Shown one piece after another: positions 29,170-37,803 of a stretch of 64,000 nucleotides of DNA. The notes beneath the pieces were generated by a model. That model was given only the letters and a program-made list of their open reading frames with translations, had not been told where the DNA came from and ran no database searches. This stretch comes from Candidatus Aminicenantes bacterium (GTDB lineage: Bacteria > Acidobacteriota > Aminicenantia > Aminicenantales > JAFGAV01): positions 338-64,337 of the forward strand of contig JAFGAV010000049.1 in the NCBI GenBank assembly GCA_016933515.1, written 5' to 3'. Position 1 is the stretch's first letter. The number at the start of each line of letters is the position of its first letter. A program made the translations under genes and the position numbers.

Positions 29170-30647
29170 CCTCCGAAAATCCCGGCCGCGACGCGGCCGG
29201 CCAGGCGGTGGAACGTTCCCGGGAACAATCCCAGAACCAGGGTGAGAACGGCGGTCAGGACGAGCGGCACGACCATCCATGGAGACGCCTCGCGCCGGCC
29301 TTCAAGGCCGCTGCCCCTACGGAAAAAAGAGCGCTGGACGATGGGCAGAAGATAAGCGGCGTTGAGGAGCCCGCTGAGGATGAGAACGCCGGCCAGGAGC
29401 GGCCGCCCCGTGCCGACCGCGGCCGAGCCGAGAAACCACTTGGAGAGGAAACCGTTGAGCGGCGGGACGCCGCACAATCCCAGGGAGCCGAGGGTGAAGG
29501 CGGCCATCGTCCAGGGCATGGCCTTGCCTATGCCGTTGAGCTCCGAGACGTTTTCCCGATGGAGACGGACGTAAATCGCCCCGGCGCAGAAAAAGAGCGT
29601 GATCTTCATCGTGGCGTGAAAGGCCAGATGGAGCAGGGCCCCGATGAGCGCCGGTCCGGAAAGGAGCGCCGTTCCGAGGATGATATAGGACAGGTGGGAA
29701 ACCGTCGAGTAAGCCAGCCGGCGTTTGAGGTTGTCCTGTCTGAGAGCCAGGAGCGATCCGACGAGAATGGTCGTCACGGCGAAGACGATGAGCACCGTGT
29801 CCAAATGAAAACGGCGGAGCAGGTCGGGCCCGAAGACGAAGGCCACAACGCGGACAAGCCCGAAGACGCCCGCCTTGACCACGGCCACGGCGTGGAGCAG
29901 GGCGCTGACCGGCGTCGGAGCGACCATGGCCGTCGGAAGCCAGCTGTGAAGCGGCATGACGGCCGATTTGACTCCCACGCCGCCCAGGAAGAGGAGAAAA
30001 AGCGGCACGGCGGTTTTCCCCGCCAGCGCCGCTCCGGAAAAAATCCCGCCCGGCTTGAAATCGAGATCGCCGACGAGAAGAAAGGACCATGCGGCCGCGG
30101 CGATGAGCAGCACTCCGGCCGACAGGGTGAAGGCCAGGTATTTGCGGCCGGCGCTCACCGCCTCGGGCGTTTCCTTGTGAATGACCAGAGGATAAGTGGC
30201 GATGGTCAGGATCTCGTAAAAAAGGATGAAGGTCACCAGGTTGGCGGCGAAGGCGATGCCCACGGTGGCCGAAAGGCAGACGGCGAAAAAGGCGAAGTAG
30301 CGGGTCTGTTTATGCTCGTTCAGGCCGCGGGTGTAGCCGATGGAATAGAGAGAGGTCAGAATCCACAGGCCCGAGGCGACCAGGGCGAAAAGCACGCCCA
30401 GAGGATCGGCCCGCAGCTCGAGGCGAACCCCGGGGACGATCTCGAAGAGATCGAAAACCGCAATCCGGCCGCGGAGGGCGCCGGGAAGAAGAGCCAGGAC
30501 CAGGCCGAACTTGGCCGCCGCCGCGGCCAGCGTCCAGGTTTCGCGGAGGCGCGGACTTCGGGAGCTGAGAAGAATGAGCGGCACGGCGGCCAGCGAGACG
30601 AGCACGGCCAGAAGGGGAAGAAGCGACGGGGCGGCCGGGGCGCTCAT
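29166..30647 (-). CDS. mrpD: Mrp/NuoM-N family antiporter subunit (MrpD-like, copy 2)
   Basis: 493 aa, about 14 TM. …HSWLPTAMVAPTPVSALLHAVAVVKAGVFG…LAYSTVSHLSYIILG…HATMKITLFF… 4-nt overlaps at both ends. Confidence 0.8.
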   Translation of the reverse strand: MSAPAAPSLLPLLAVLVSLAAVPLILLSSRSPRLRETWTLAAAAAKFGLVLALLPGALRGRIAVFDLFEIVPGVRLELRADPLGVLFALVASGLWILTSLYSIGYTRGLNEHKQTRYFAFFAVCLSATVGIAFAANLVTFILFYEILTIATYPLVIHKETPEAVSAGRKYLAFTLSAGVLLIAAAAWSFLLVGDLDFKPGGIFSGAALAGKTAVPLFLLFLGGVGVKSAVMPLHSWLPTAMVAPTPVSALLHAVAVVKAGVFGLVRVVAFVFGPDLLRRFHLDTVLIVFAVTTILVGSLLALRQDNLKRRLAYSTVSHLSYIILGTALLSGPALIGALLHLAFHATMKITLFFCAGAIYVRLHRENVSELNGIGKAMPWTMAAFTLGSLGLCGVPPLNGFLSKWFLGSAAVGTGRPLLAGVLILSGLLNAAYLLPIVQRSFFRRGSGLEGRREASPWMVVPLVLTAVLTLVLGLFPGTFHRLAGRVAAGIFGG

Positions 30648-32152
30648 GGGAAAACGATCTCCAGGCCGGGCGGCAGGAACCGGACGAGCAGCCCGTTGAC
30701 GATGACGGCGTTCAGAAGGCCGATGACGATCAGGGATGCGGCCAGGACCAGGGTCGGGAGGAGCATGGAGGGAGCGGCTTCGGTCCGGCCTTCGGCCTCC
30801 CGGCCTTCATTGTCCCGCAGGGCCGGCCTCAGGTAAAGCCTTTCGATCACCCGGAAAAAATACACGGCGTTGAGCAGGCTGCTGGCGAGGATCACGGCCA
30901 GGAAGACCCAGCTCCGGTTGCGGATCGTTCCCAGGGCCAAGTACCATTTGCTGAAGAAGCCCACCGTGGGCGGCAGTCCGATCATGGACAGGGCGGCCAG
31001 GGTGAAGGCGGCCGACGTCCAGGGCATGCGCCGCCGCGCTCCGCTGTCCAGGGCCCGGATGCGGGAATGGCCCAGCCGCAGGCGGAAATTCCCGGCCACG
31101 AGGAACAAGCAGGCTTTCATCAGACCGTGATTCAAGACGTGGAGAACAGCGCCCAGAAGGCCCAGCGAGTTGGCCAGGCCGATCCCCAGGCCGATGTATC
31201 CCACCTGGGCGATCGAGCTGAAGGCCAGCATGCGCTTGAGCTCGTCCTGGGCCATGGCCATGATCGAGCCGTAGAGAATGCCCGCCGCGGCCAGCCAGGA
31301 GACGACCTGGGCCAGCGGCACGGTGCGGGTGACGAAGTTCACCCCGAAGACGAAGAACAGGACGCGCAGCAGCCCGTAGGCTCCGATCTTGGTGCCGATG
31401 GGGGCCATGAGAGACGACGTGGCCGTCGGGGCGTATGTGTAGGCGTCCGGTAGCCAGCCGTGCAAAGGGAAGAGGGCCATCTTTATGCCGAATCCCAGAA
31501 CCATGAAACACAGGGCGACGATGATCTCCGGCCCGGCTCCGACCGCCGGGAGGATGGCCTTCAAGTCGGCCATGTTGAGCGATCCGCTGTTGATGTATAA
31601 GAAGCCCACGCCCAGGAGGTAAAAGCCTCCGCCGACCATGCCGATCACCAGGTAGCGAAAGGCCGCCACGGGCGACTTGCGGTCTCCCACGGCGATGAGT
31701 CCGTAAAGGGCCAAGGAAGCGATCTCCAGAAAGACGTAAAGGTTGAAGAAATCGCCGGTCAGGACGATGCCGTTGAATCCCGACATCATGAGCATGACCA
31801 GGGCGTAATACGGGACGTGCTTTCGCTCGGGAAGCTCGGCGGCGACGGTCAGGTGCGAGTGGACCAGGACGACCAGGGCCGTCAGGTTGATGACCGCGGT
31901 GATGAAGGCCGACAGGGGGTCGAGGACGTATTCGATGCCCAGGGGAGGCGGCCAGCCGCCGAAACGGTAATGAAACGTTCCGGACTCGAGGACGCGGAAA
32001 ATGTTCCAGACCGACACGGCCGCCGCGGCGGCCGCGGCCGCTATGGCCAGGACCCAAGCCAGACGCCGGACCTTGAAGGCCGCCAGGGGGATGATCAATG
32101 CGGCGAACAGGAAGATCAAGGGGGCGAGGGCCGGGGCGTTAGTCGGGATCAT
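30644..32152 (-). CDS. mrpD: Mrp/NuoM-N family antiporter subunit (MrpD-like, copy 1)
   Basis: 502 aa. …HGWLPDAYTYAPTATSSLMAPIGTKIGAYGL…LAFSSIAQVGYIGLG…HGLMKACLFL…. Confidence 0.8.
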   Translation of the reverse strand: MIPTNAPALAPLIFLFAALIIPLAAFKVRRLAWVLAIAAAAAAAAVSVWNIFRVLESGTFHYRFGGWPPPLGIEYVLDPLSAFITAVINLTALVVLVHSHLTVAAELPERKHVPYYALVMLMMSGFNGIVLTGDFFNLYVFLEIASLALYGLIAVGDRKSPVAAFRYLVIGMVGGGFYLLGVGFLYINSGSLNMADLKAILPAVGAGPEIIVALCFMVLGFGIKMALFPLHGWLPDAYTYAPTATSSLMAPIGTKIGAYGLLRVLFFVFGVNFVTRTVPLAQVVSWLAAAGILYGSIMAMAQDELKRMLAFSSIAQVGYIGLGIGLANSLGLLGAVLHVLNHGLMKACLFLVAGNFRLRLGHSRIRALDSGARRRMPWTSAAFTLAALSMIGLPPTVGFFSKWYLALGTIRNRSWVFLAVILASSLLNAVYFFRVIERLYLRPALRDNEGREAEGRTEAAPSMLLPTLVLAASLIVIGLLNAVIVNGLLVRFLPPGLEIVFP

Positions 32153-32519
32153 GTTTCAGTTTTTCCAGGAGTTCGTTTTCGTCGAGCGTCCGAAAGCGGC
32201 GCCAGATCATGATGATCAGGGCGAAGGCGACGCCCGAGGTGGCCACCCCGACGACGATGGCCGTCAGCATCAGGCAATGGGGCAGGGGATTGATGTACTT
32301 CGTCACGTCGGCCGCGCCCAGGGCCGGGTCGAGGATGGGCACGGTCGCATCCCACTTGGAGGCGCTGGCCACGAAAAAGAGAATGATGGCCACCTGGAGA
32401 ATCGACATGCCGATGACCTTTTTGATGAGGTTCCTCTTGAGGATGATGCCGGCGAGGCCGATGGTCATCAACAGGAAGATGAACCAGTAGAAATAATGGC
32501 CCACCAGGAAATCACGCAT
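32139..32519 (-). CDS. mrpC: MrpC / NuoK-like antiporter subunit
   Basis: 126 aa, 3 TM. …GLAGIILKRNLIKKVIGMSILQVAIILFFV… matches the MnhC/NuoK pattern. Confidence 0.75.
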   Translation of the reverse strand: MRDFLVGHYFYWFIFLLMTIGLAGIILKRNLIKKVIGMSILQVAIILFFVASASKWDATVPILDPALGAADVTKYINPLPHCLMLTAIVVGVATSGVAFALIIMIWRRFRTLDENELLEKLKHDPD

Positions 32520-32949
32520 CGGGCTCTCCCTCGAGCAGGTCGTCGTAGATGGCCACCAGGACGGCCATGACCGCCAGCCCGACGCCGATCTCGACCGACA
32601 GGATGCCCCACGAGCGGCGGAGAGGCGCGAGGGCGGAGAAGGGGATGAAGCCGTAGTTGAGAAACGCTCCTCCCAGGATCAGGGCCGCCAGACCGGTGCC
32701 GTAGTAGATGAGAACTCCCAGCGAGGCCAGGGGCGTGCCCAGCCGGCGCGGAAATTGGCTCTGGCCAAGCTCGGACCCTAGAGACAGGCGAAGAAGGATG
32801 ACGCTCGCCGCCAGGAGCGTCCCGCCCTGGAATCCGCCTCCCGGGCTGTAGTGGCCGTGGAAAATGACGTACAGCCCGAAAAGCATGATGAAGGGCGCCA
32901 CGAGGGACGAGATGAGGTCGATGATGGGATTGTTCTCATTCCTTCTCAT
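32512..32949 (-). CDS. MnhB-domain antiporter subunit (MbhF-like)
   Basis: 145 aa. …FIMLFGLYVIFHGHYSPGGGFQGG… is the MnhB-domain hallmark (GH..PGGGF.GG). Confidence 0.75.
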   Translation of the reverse strand: MRRNENNPIIDLISSLVAPFIMLFGLYVIFHGHYSPGGGFQGGTLLAASVILLRLSLGSELGQSQFPRRLGTPLASLGVLIYYGTGLAALILGGAFLNYGFIPFSALAPLRRSWGILSVEIGVGLAVMAVLVAIYDDLLEGEPDA

Positions 32950-33247
32950 GGCCGCTCCTTTCCCTTCGCAGGAGAAGGTAGCAGATCAGCCCGGCGGTCA
33001 GGATGACCGTCTCCTCGCCCAGAGTGTCGTAGCCCCGGTAGTCGGCCAAAATGGCCGTCACCATGTTGTCGGTGTGCGCCTCCTCCTTGGCGCGGCGGAT
33101 GTAGTGCGTCGGGGCGTTGGGCGTCCCGGCCGGGCTCGACTCCCGGTTGGTGACGCTGAGGGCGTCGCCCCGGTTGGGAAAACCCGTCGCGGCGTAGATG
33201 AGCAGGCCGCAGAAGGCGACGAGGACGAGGACGTTCGCGGCTTTCAA
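32936..33247 (-). CDS. MnhB N-terminal-part protein (MbhE-like)
   Basis: 103 aa. …NMVTAILADYRGYDTLGEETVIL… is the N.VTAIL.DYRG.DTLGE motif found at the front of MrpB/MrpA-C. The called start is TTG at 33247 and overlaps the upstream stop (TTGA). No in-frame ATG is near. Confidence 0.6.
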   Translation of the reverse strand: MKAANVLVLVAFCGLLIYAATGFPNRGDALSVTNRESSPAGTPNAPTHYIRRAKEEAHTDNMVTAILADYRGYDTLGEETVILTAGLICYLLLRRERSGHEKE

Positions 33248-33489
33248 TCCGAGCTCCTGCGGGTCGTCTTGAAAATGAGAAGGAGCAGGAGAACGCCGGT
33301 CACTCCGCCGCCGACCGTGGCCTCGGTGAACCCCACGTCCACGGCGCCCATGGCCGCGTAGAGCAGGGCCGAGATGAAGCTGAATACCGTGAGCGAAACC
33401 ACGGCCGTCAGGAGATTTTTGATCATCAGGGCGGTCACGGCGGTGATGAGCAGGACGAGGAGAAGGACGATTTCAAGCTCGGGGTGCAT
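33244..33489 (-). CDS. DUF4040-type MrpA C-terminal fragment (MbhD-like)
   Basis: 81 aa, 3 TM. …AVVSLTVFSFISALLYAAMGAVDVGFTEATVGGGVTGVL… is typical of DUF4040. The ATG immediately follows the mrpG stop (TGAATG). Confidence 0.7.
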   Translation of the reverse strand: MHPELEIVLLLVLLITAVTALMIKNLLTAVVSLTVFSFISALLYAAMGAVDVGFTEATVGGGVTGVLLLLLIFKTTRRSSD

Positions 33490-33831
33490 TCAGTCCTCTT
33501 TTTTCTCTTCCGGGGATGTGCCGGAATCATGGCGGCGGAAGCGGGGCTTGAGCCCGATCTGGAATGCCGCCCGGGCCAGGGCGTGGGTGGCGGTGGGATT
33601 GGTCAGGCCGACAAAGGTCAGGATGAGAAGGAGTTTCGCCGAGTTCAAAGTGAACCCTTCGACGAGGATGAGTCCTAGGACGAGGAGCATGACCCCCAGG
33701 GTGTCGCTCTTGCCCGTGGCGTGGCAGCGGGAGTAAAAATCGGGGAAGCGGAGGAGGCCGATGCTGCCGACGAGCAGGAAGAAAGAGCCGGCGGCCAGGA
33801 CGACCAGGGCGGCGACGTGGAGCCCGCTCAT
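33490..33831 (-). CDS. mrpG: MrpG / MnhG antiporter subunit
   Basis: ORF 33490..34092, with ATG at 33831 (ATGA overlap with the mrpF stop). MSGLHVAALVVLAAGSFFLLVGSIGLLRFPDFYSRCHATGKSDTLG… is canonical MnhG. Confidence 0.8.
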   Translation of the reverse strand: MSGLHVAALVVLAAGSFFLLVGSIGLLRFPDFYSRCHATGKSDTLGVMLLVLGLILVEGFTLNSAKLLLILTFVGLTNPTATHALARAAFQIGLKPRFRRHDSGTSPEEKKED

Positions 33832-34103
33832 TTCTTCTCCTTGCCCGAGGTAAGGTATTTGGCGATGGCGATCGTGCCGATGAAGTTCAGGACGGCGTAG
33901 GCCAGGGTGATGTCGATGAACATGTCCACCCGGTCGAAGATGAAGCCGATGAGAAGAATGAGAACCATGGTTTTGGTGCCGATGGCGCTGGCGCCCAGCA
34001 TGCGGTCGGGAAGCGTCGGGCCGGCGATGACGCGGTAGAGGGGCAGGGAGATGACGACCGTCAGGGCCGCGGCCAGAATGACGAAAAACCAATATTCAAA
34101 CAT
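33828..34103 (-). CDS. mrpF: MrpF / MnhF antiporter subunit
   Basis: 91 aa. …LPLYRVIAGPTLPDRMLGASAIGTKTMVLILLIG… is canonical MnhF. Confidence 0.8.
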   Translation of the reverse strand: MFEYWFFVILAAALTVVISLPLYRVIAGPTLPDRMLGASAIGTKTMVLILLIGFIFDRVDMFIDITLAYAVLNFIGTIAIAKYLTSGKEKK

Positions 34104-34662
34104 GGCGCGCCTTGTGGAAGATCTTGACCTCGGACACGATGTCGGCGGACTTGTCTCCGTAGAGCCGGGCCACGTGGCGGGGGAGCGAGCCGTCGATGAG
34201 GCCGGCGTGGGAGGCCTCCATGAGGGAATGGACCAGGAACTCGTCGTCCTTGATGCGCAGGGTGAGCGTTCCGGGAGTGAGGGTGATGGAGTTTCCGAGA
34301 ATGACGCGGGCGGTGATGTTGGGCAGCCGGACCCGGAACCGGACCAGGCTGGGATTGATGGGCATGCGGGGGTGGAGGACGGCGTAGGCGACTTGAAGGC
34401 TTGACAGGACGATTTGTTTCAGCAGCCAGGGGATGTAGCGCGCCAGGCGGACGACGCGAAGCGAGCGTCCGGCGGCGATGCCCTTGTCGAAATAGAGATG
34501 TCGGTTGACCCGGACATGCATCAGCGTCACGAGAAGCGCGGAGAAAACGCCGGCGCTTACGTGGAAGAGGTCGATACGCCCGCTCAGGAGAAGCCACAAT
34601 CCGAGGAGCACCGCGAACTGGAGGAGGGTCCCCTTGAGAAAGGCTTTTTTCACGCGTGACAT
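34096..34662 (-). CDS. mrpE: MrpE / MnhE antiporter subunit
   Basis: ORF 34096..34686 begins at a GTG. The ATG at 34662 (MSRVKKAFLKG…) is an alternative, and neither has a clear SD. …LWLLLSGRIDLFHVSAGVFSALLV… and …NSITLTPGTLTL… fit MnhE. First gene of the operon. Confidence 0.7.
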   Translation of the reverse strand: MSRVKKAFLKGTLLQFAVLLGLWLLLSGRIDLFHVSAGVFSALLVTLMHVRVNRHLYFDKGIAAGRSLRVVRLARYIPWLLKQIVLSSLQVAYAVLHPRMPINPSLVRFRVRLPNITARVILGNSITLTPGTLTLRIKDDEFLVHSLMEASHAGLIDGSLPRHVARLYGDKSADIVSEVKIFHKARHV

Positions 34663-34748
34663 CCGATGCCGGGAATAAGAAAACACTTACTTAGCACAAG
34701 AAAATCCCCTTGTCAAAAAAGCGGATTCGGCCGCCTAGGCCCGGCGGC

Positions 34749-35300
34749 CTAGTACCGGAAAGCATACCCGATGGACAGGCGGGGGATCGAACGGCCGTCC
34801 CAGGGAATGTAGAGGATGTGGGCGTTGAAGCGGATGCCGGAGCGGTCGTCGAGCTTGAAATGGAAGGCGGTCAAGGGGCCGACATAGACTTCGCTCGACG
34901 GCGAGGAGGTGATTTCTCTGAGCTCGTCGTTTTCCCGGGTTTCCGAGACGTGCATGATTCCCTGCGACAAACCGATGTCGAGAAAGATCCGCCCCGCGGC
35001 GAGCTCCAGGCGGAAGAGAAGGCTGAGACCGGCGCTCAAGGCGGTGCTGGTGACGGCCACTCCGGGCGTGTGAGAAGGCTCGGCGGGGTCGTAATAATAA
35101 CAGAGCTCGGGCTCGAGGCGGAGGCGGCTCTCGTTCCCGGTCGGGAAGTTGAGGCTTAAGCCCCCGACGAGCGTCGAACCGAAATCGCCCAGTCCGCTTC
35201 CCAGACTCATGGACAGTTCCCGATCGGACGGCGTCTCGGCGCTCAGGCCGAGCGCCGAGACCAGGATCGCCGCAGCCCAGGCGGCAAAAAGGCGTTTCAT
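34749..35300 (-). CDS. Small outer-membrane beta-barrel protein (paralog A)
   Basis: Signal peptide MKRLFAAWAAAILVSALGLSA. 183 aa with an alternating strand pattern. C-terminal …SIGYAFRY (aromatic terminus). Confidence 0.55.
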   Translation of the reverse strand: MKRLFAAWAAAILVSALGLSAETPSDRELSMSLGSGLGDFGSTLVGGLSLNFPTGNESRLRLEPELCYYYDPAEPSHTPGVAVTSTALSAGLSLLFRLELAAGRIFLDIGLSQGIMHVSETRENDELREITSSPSSEVYVGPLTAFHFKLDDRSGIRFNAHILYIPWDGRSIPRLSIGYAFRY

Positions 35301-35412
35301 CGTCTCTCAAGACCTCGCGCGTTGATAAGAGGAAGACGATACATGTTTTCGAAGGAAAAAATCAACCCGTTTTTCGCGAGCGCCTGCCGGACCGCCCGAC
35401 CGGCGAAGGCGC

Positions 35413-35991
35413 TCAGAACGCGGCGAAGACGGCGGCCGACAGGCGAAGAACGAGCCCGTCCCCTCCCGAGAGGACATGCTGCCGCGCTTCGAGACACAGC
35501 CCGGCGCGCGTCCCGAAAGGAACGAGGATCCCCCCGAGCAGAACGGCGGCGAGCCTTCGACGCGACTGGATTTCTCTCTCGGCGGGCGGCCGATCGGTCA
35601 GAATCGAGAGAAAGAAGGCGCCGGCGCCCAGGCCGATGTAGGGCGTCACGGGCCCGCCGGGCTCCCGGAGAGCGAAGAGCCCCGAGAGCGACAGCCCCAG
35701 CGCGGCGCTGCTGCGGTGATAATCGGGCGGCGGATTCGGTTCGTCTTCTGCGGGATTGAAGTGATAGGCGAATTCCGCTTCGGCGGAGAGCCTCGAGGTG
35801 ACGGGGAACACGGCGGACAGGTTGAATGCGGGACAGGAGTTGAAGGCGCCGAGGGACATTCCCAGGCCGAGGCTCAAGCGGCGCTCTCGGCTATCGGCCG
35901 TTTTGTCTTCTCCCCGGTTGACCGCGGCCGACCACGGCGCGCCGACCGCCAGGAGCGTTCCGAGGATAAAAAGAGCGGCCGGCTTTTTCAT
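35413..35991 (-). CDS. Small outer-membrane beta-barrel protein (paralog B)
   Basis: Signal peptide MKKPAALFILGTLLAVGAPWSAA. LSLGLGMSLGAF and EAEFAYHFNPAEDEPNPP parallel LSMSLGSGLGDF and EPELCYYYDPAEPSHTP in paralog A. Ends …AAVFAAF. Confidence 0.55.
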   Translation of the reverse strand: MKKPAALFILGTLLAVGAPWSAAVNRGEDKTADSRERRLSLGLGMSLGAFNSCPAFNLSAVFPVTSRLSAEAEFAYHFNPAEDEPNPPPDYHRSSAALGLSLSGLFALREPGGPVTPYIGLGAGAFFLSILTDRPPAEREIQSRRRLAAVLLGGILVPFGTRAGLCLEARQHVLSGGDGLVLRLSAAVFAAF

Positions 35992-36007
35992 CCCTCCGGC
36001 CCCCCCA

Positions 36008-36874
36008 TCATCTTCCCGTCGCCGTGTAATCCCATTCCGACCCCAGAAGGCTGTGGGGGATGAGATAGACGACGAGCATCAGCACGGCCGCGCCCAAGAT
36101 CCAGAAGCGCGTTCCCCGGCCTTTCCGGCCGAGGACGATGGCCGCCAGCCAGCCGAGGAATACGATGAGCGTTTTGTTGTCCGTCAGGTCCGTGCCGAGG
36201 GGGAAACCCGTCCAGTAGGCCCCGAAAGCATATTTTTGCATAAGCGGGCCGAGGAAAAAGCCGCCGAGAAAAAGCAAGAGGAGCGTCCAGAAGGCCAGGG
36301 CCCGGGGTTTTCCGTCCGGCCGCAGCGCCTCCAGGCCGGCGGCCACGCCGAACAGCATGGCCAGGAACATGACGAGGATGTGGGGAATCATGATCCAGGC
36401 CGGGACATCGCCTCGGAAACGGATGATGACCGGCCGGCCGCCGTTCAGCGCGGCGCTTTCGGCGCCGCAGGACAGGGTCACTTTGTAGGCCAGCTTTCCG
36501 GCCGGAGGCGCCAGGCCGTTCCCGCCGCCCGGCCAGGACAGGGGGGCGGTGAGGGCCGGAACGGTCTTTTCTCCTCCGTGCTTTAAAGACGCGCGCTCGA
36601 AGGTCATCTCCACAGTCCGTTCCGGATTCCAGGAGACTCCCTTTTTAAAGCGCGCGTAGGCGACCGTGCCCGTGACCCCGGAATTTTCCGGAACGGGGAC
36701 TTTAAGCTTGAAGGGACGGACGTTGACTGCGCTGCGGGTCAAACGATAGGAAAGGGTCCGGCCGCACAGGGTTTCCCGGCCCCGCAGCGGATAGCTGGGT
36801 CCGGTCCGCCGCTGATAAACAGCCGTGACCAGGGTGAGTGCTCCGGCCAGGAGCCAGAGCGCGATTCTCTTCAT
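36008..36874 (-). CDS. Hypothetical membrane protein (N-terminal anchor, extracytoplasmic domain, C-terminal 4-TM bundle)
   Basis: 288 aa. MKRIALWLLAGALTLVTAVY anchor, a ~150-aa beta-rich region, then 4 hydrophobic helices. Family not recognised. Confidence 0.4.
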   Translation of the reverse strand: MKRIALWLLAGALTLVTAVYQRRTGPSYPLRGRETLCGRTLSYRLTRSAVNVRPFKLKVPVPENSGVTGTVAYARFKKGVSWNPERTVEMTFERASLKHGGEKTVPALTAPLSWPGGGNGLAPPAGKLAYKVTLSCGAESAALNGGRPVIIRFRGDVPAWIMIPHILVMFLAMLFGVAAGLEALRPDGKPRALAFWTLLLLFLGGFFLGPLMQKYAFGAYWTGFPLGTDLTDNKTLIVFLGWLAAIVLGRKGRGTRFWILGAAVLMLVVYLIPHSLLGSEWDYTATGR

Positions 36875-36875
36875 C

Positions 36876-37571
36876 TCAGCTTTTGACGTCCAGGCCTCCC
36901 ATGACGACCGATCCCCGAACGAAAAGCGTCGCCCGGGCTTCCGCGTCCGGAAGCGAGGCCGTTTTGTTTTCGACTCCGCCCAGAACGGGCGAAATGTCCA
37001 CGACGACCTTCCAGTTGCGCGGCACCTTGATGTCGATGCCGCCCATGAAAACGTTCACGTCGATGGTCGCCTGCCCTTTGTCCAGGGCGGCGTCCCGAAG
37101 GTCGATGTCGAGACCTCCGAGGACGGCCGAAGCGCGTCCGCCCCGGAAGGATTGAGACGTGACGACGCGGTTGATGCCGCCCAGAACGACGGAGGCCTTG
37201 AGGTCGTCGGCCGTGACGGCCGGTCCGGAAAGAGATCGGCGGCGAAACAGAGGGCCGAAAATCAGCCACAGGCCGACGATGATGATCACCGTGGGCCAGA
37301 CGTAGACCCAGACGTTCCGGGGAAGGTGTCCCAGGTTCCGGAGAAGGAAGATCAATCCCAAAGCGATCAGGAGGAAGCCGGGAAAGACGTCCCGGTAGCC
37401 GCTGCTTATCAGCTGCCAGAGCCCGATGATGATGAGGATGACCGGCCAGAACGTCCTGAAAACGTTATGGGTGCTGACCTTTCCCAGGTTGCCCAGGAGA
37501 AAGATGACACCCACGACCACGATGATGAGCCCCCAGATGAAACGGTCTCCTCCGCTGCGGTTTGTCGACAT
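36876..37571 (-). CDS. LiaF-like / DUF2154-type envelope-stress membrane protein
   Basis: 4 N-terminal TM helices (…WGLIIVVVGVIFLLGNLG…). The C-terminal beta-helix-like repeats …VFMGGIDIKVPRNWKVVVD…VMGGLDVKS are typical of the LiaF C-terminal domain. Its stop lies 1 nt before the next gene's start. Confidence 0.55.
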   Translation of the reverse strand: MSTNRSGGDRFIWGLIIVVVGVIFLLGNLGKVSTHNVFRTFWPVILIIIGLWQLISSGYRDVFPGFLLIALGLIFLLRNLGHLPRNVWVYVWPTVIIIVGLWLIFGPLFRRRSLSGPAVTADDLKASVVLGGINRVVTSQSFRGGRASAVLGGLDIDLRDAALDKGQATIDVNVFMGGIDIKVPRNWKVVVDISPVLGGVENKTASLPDAEARATLFVRGSVVMGGLDVKS

Positions 37572-37803
37572 GGCCAGTCTCCTTTCTTCCTTCGGATTCG
37601 ATCGCGGATTTTATATCAAAAAACGCCGTGGACAACAAGAAATCCGTCCTGCCGGGCGATTGCGGGTGTTCAGGGAATAGAGCGGGAATCTTTTTCCCCG
37701 GAACTCGATTTCCGTCTTCGTCGCGGCCGCGCGGGCTCCTTTCCGATCGCTCGGGCGGCCGCTTTCGCCGCCTCCGGCCGAATCCAAGAACAGCCGGCCG
37801 CGA

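Noticed and set aside
27204-34686. The Mbh-like subunit pattern, read as evidence for a membrane-bound hydrogenase or a novel respiratory complex.
   Set aside because: No NuoB/C/D/H/I-like or NiFe large/small subunit genes occur in or next to the operon. The sequence only supports an antiporter.
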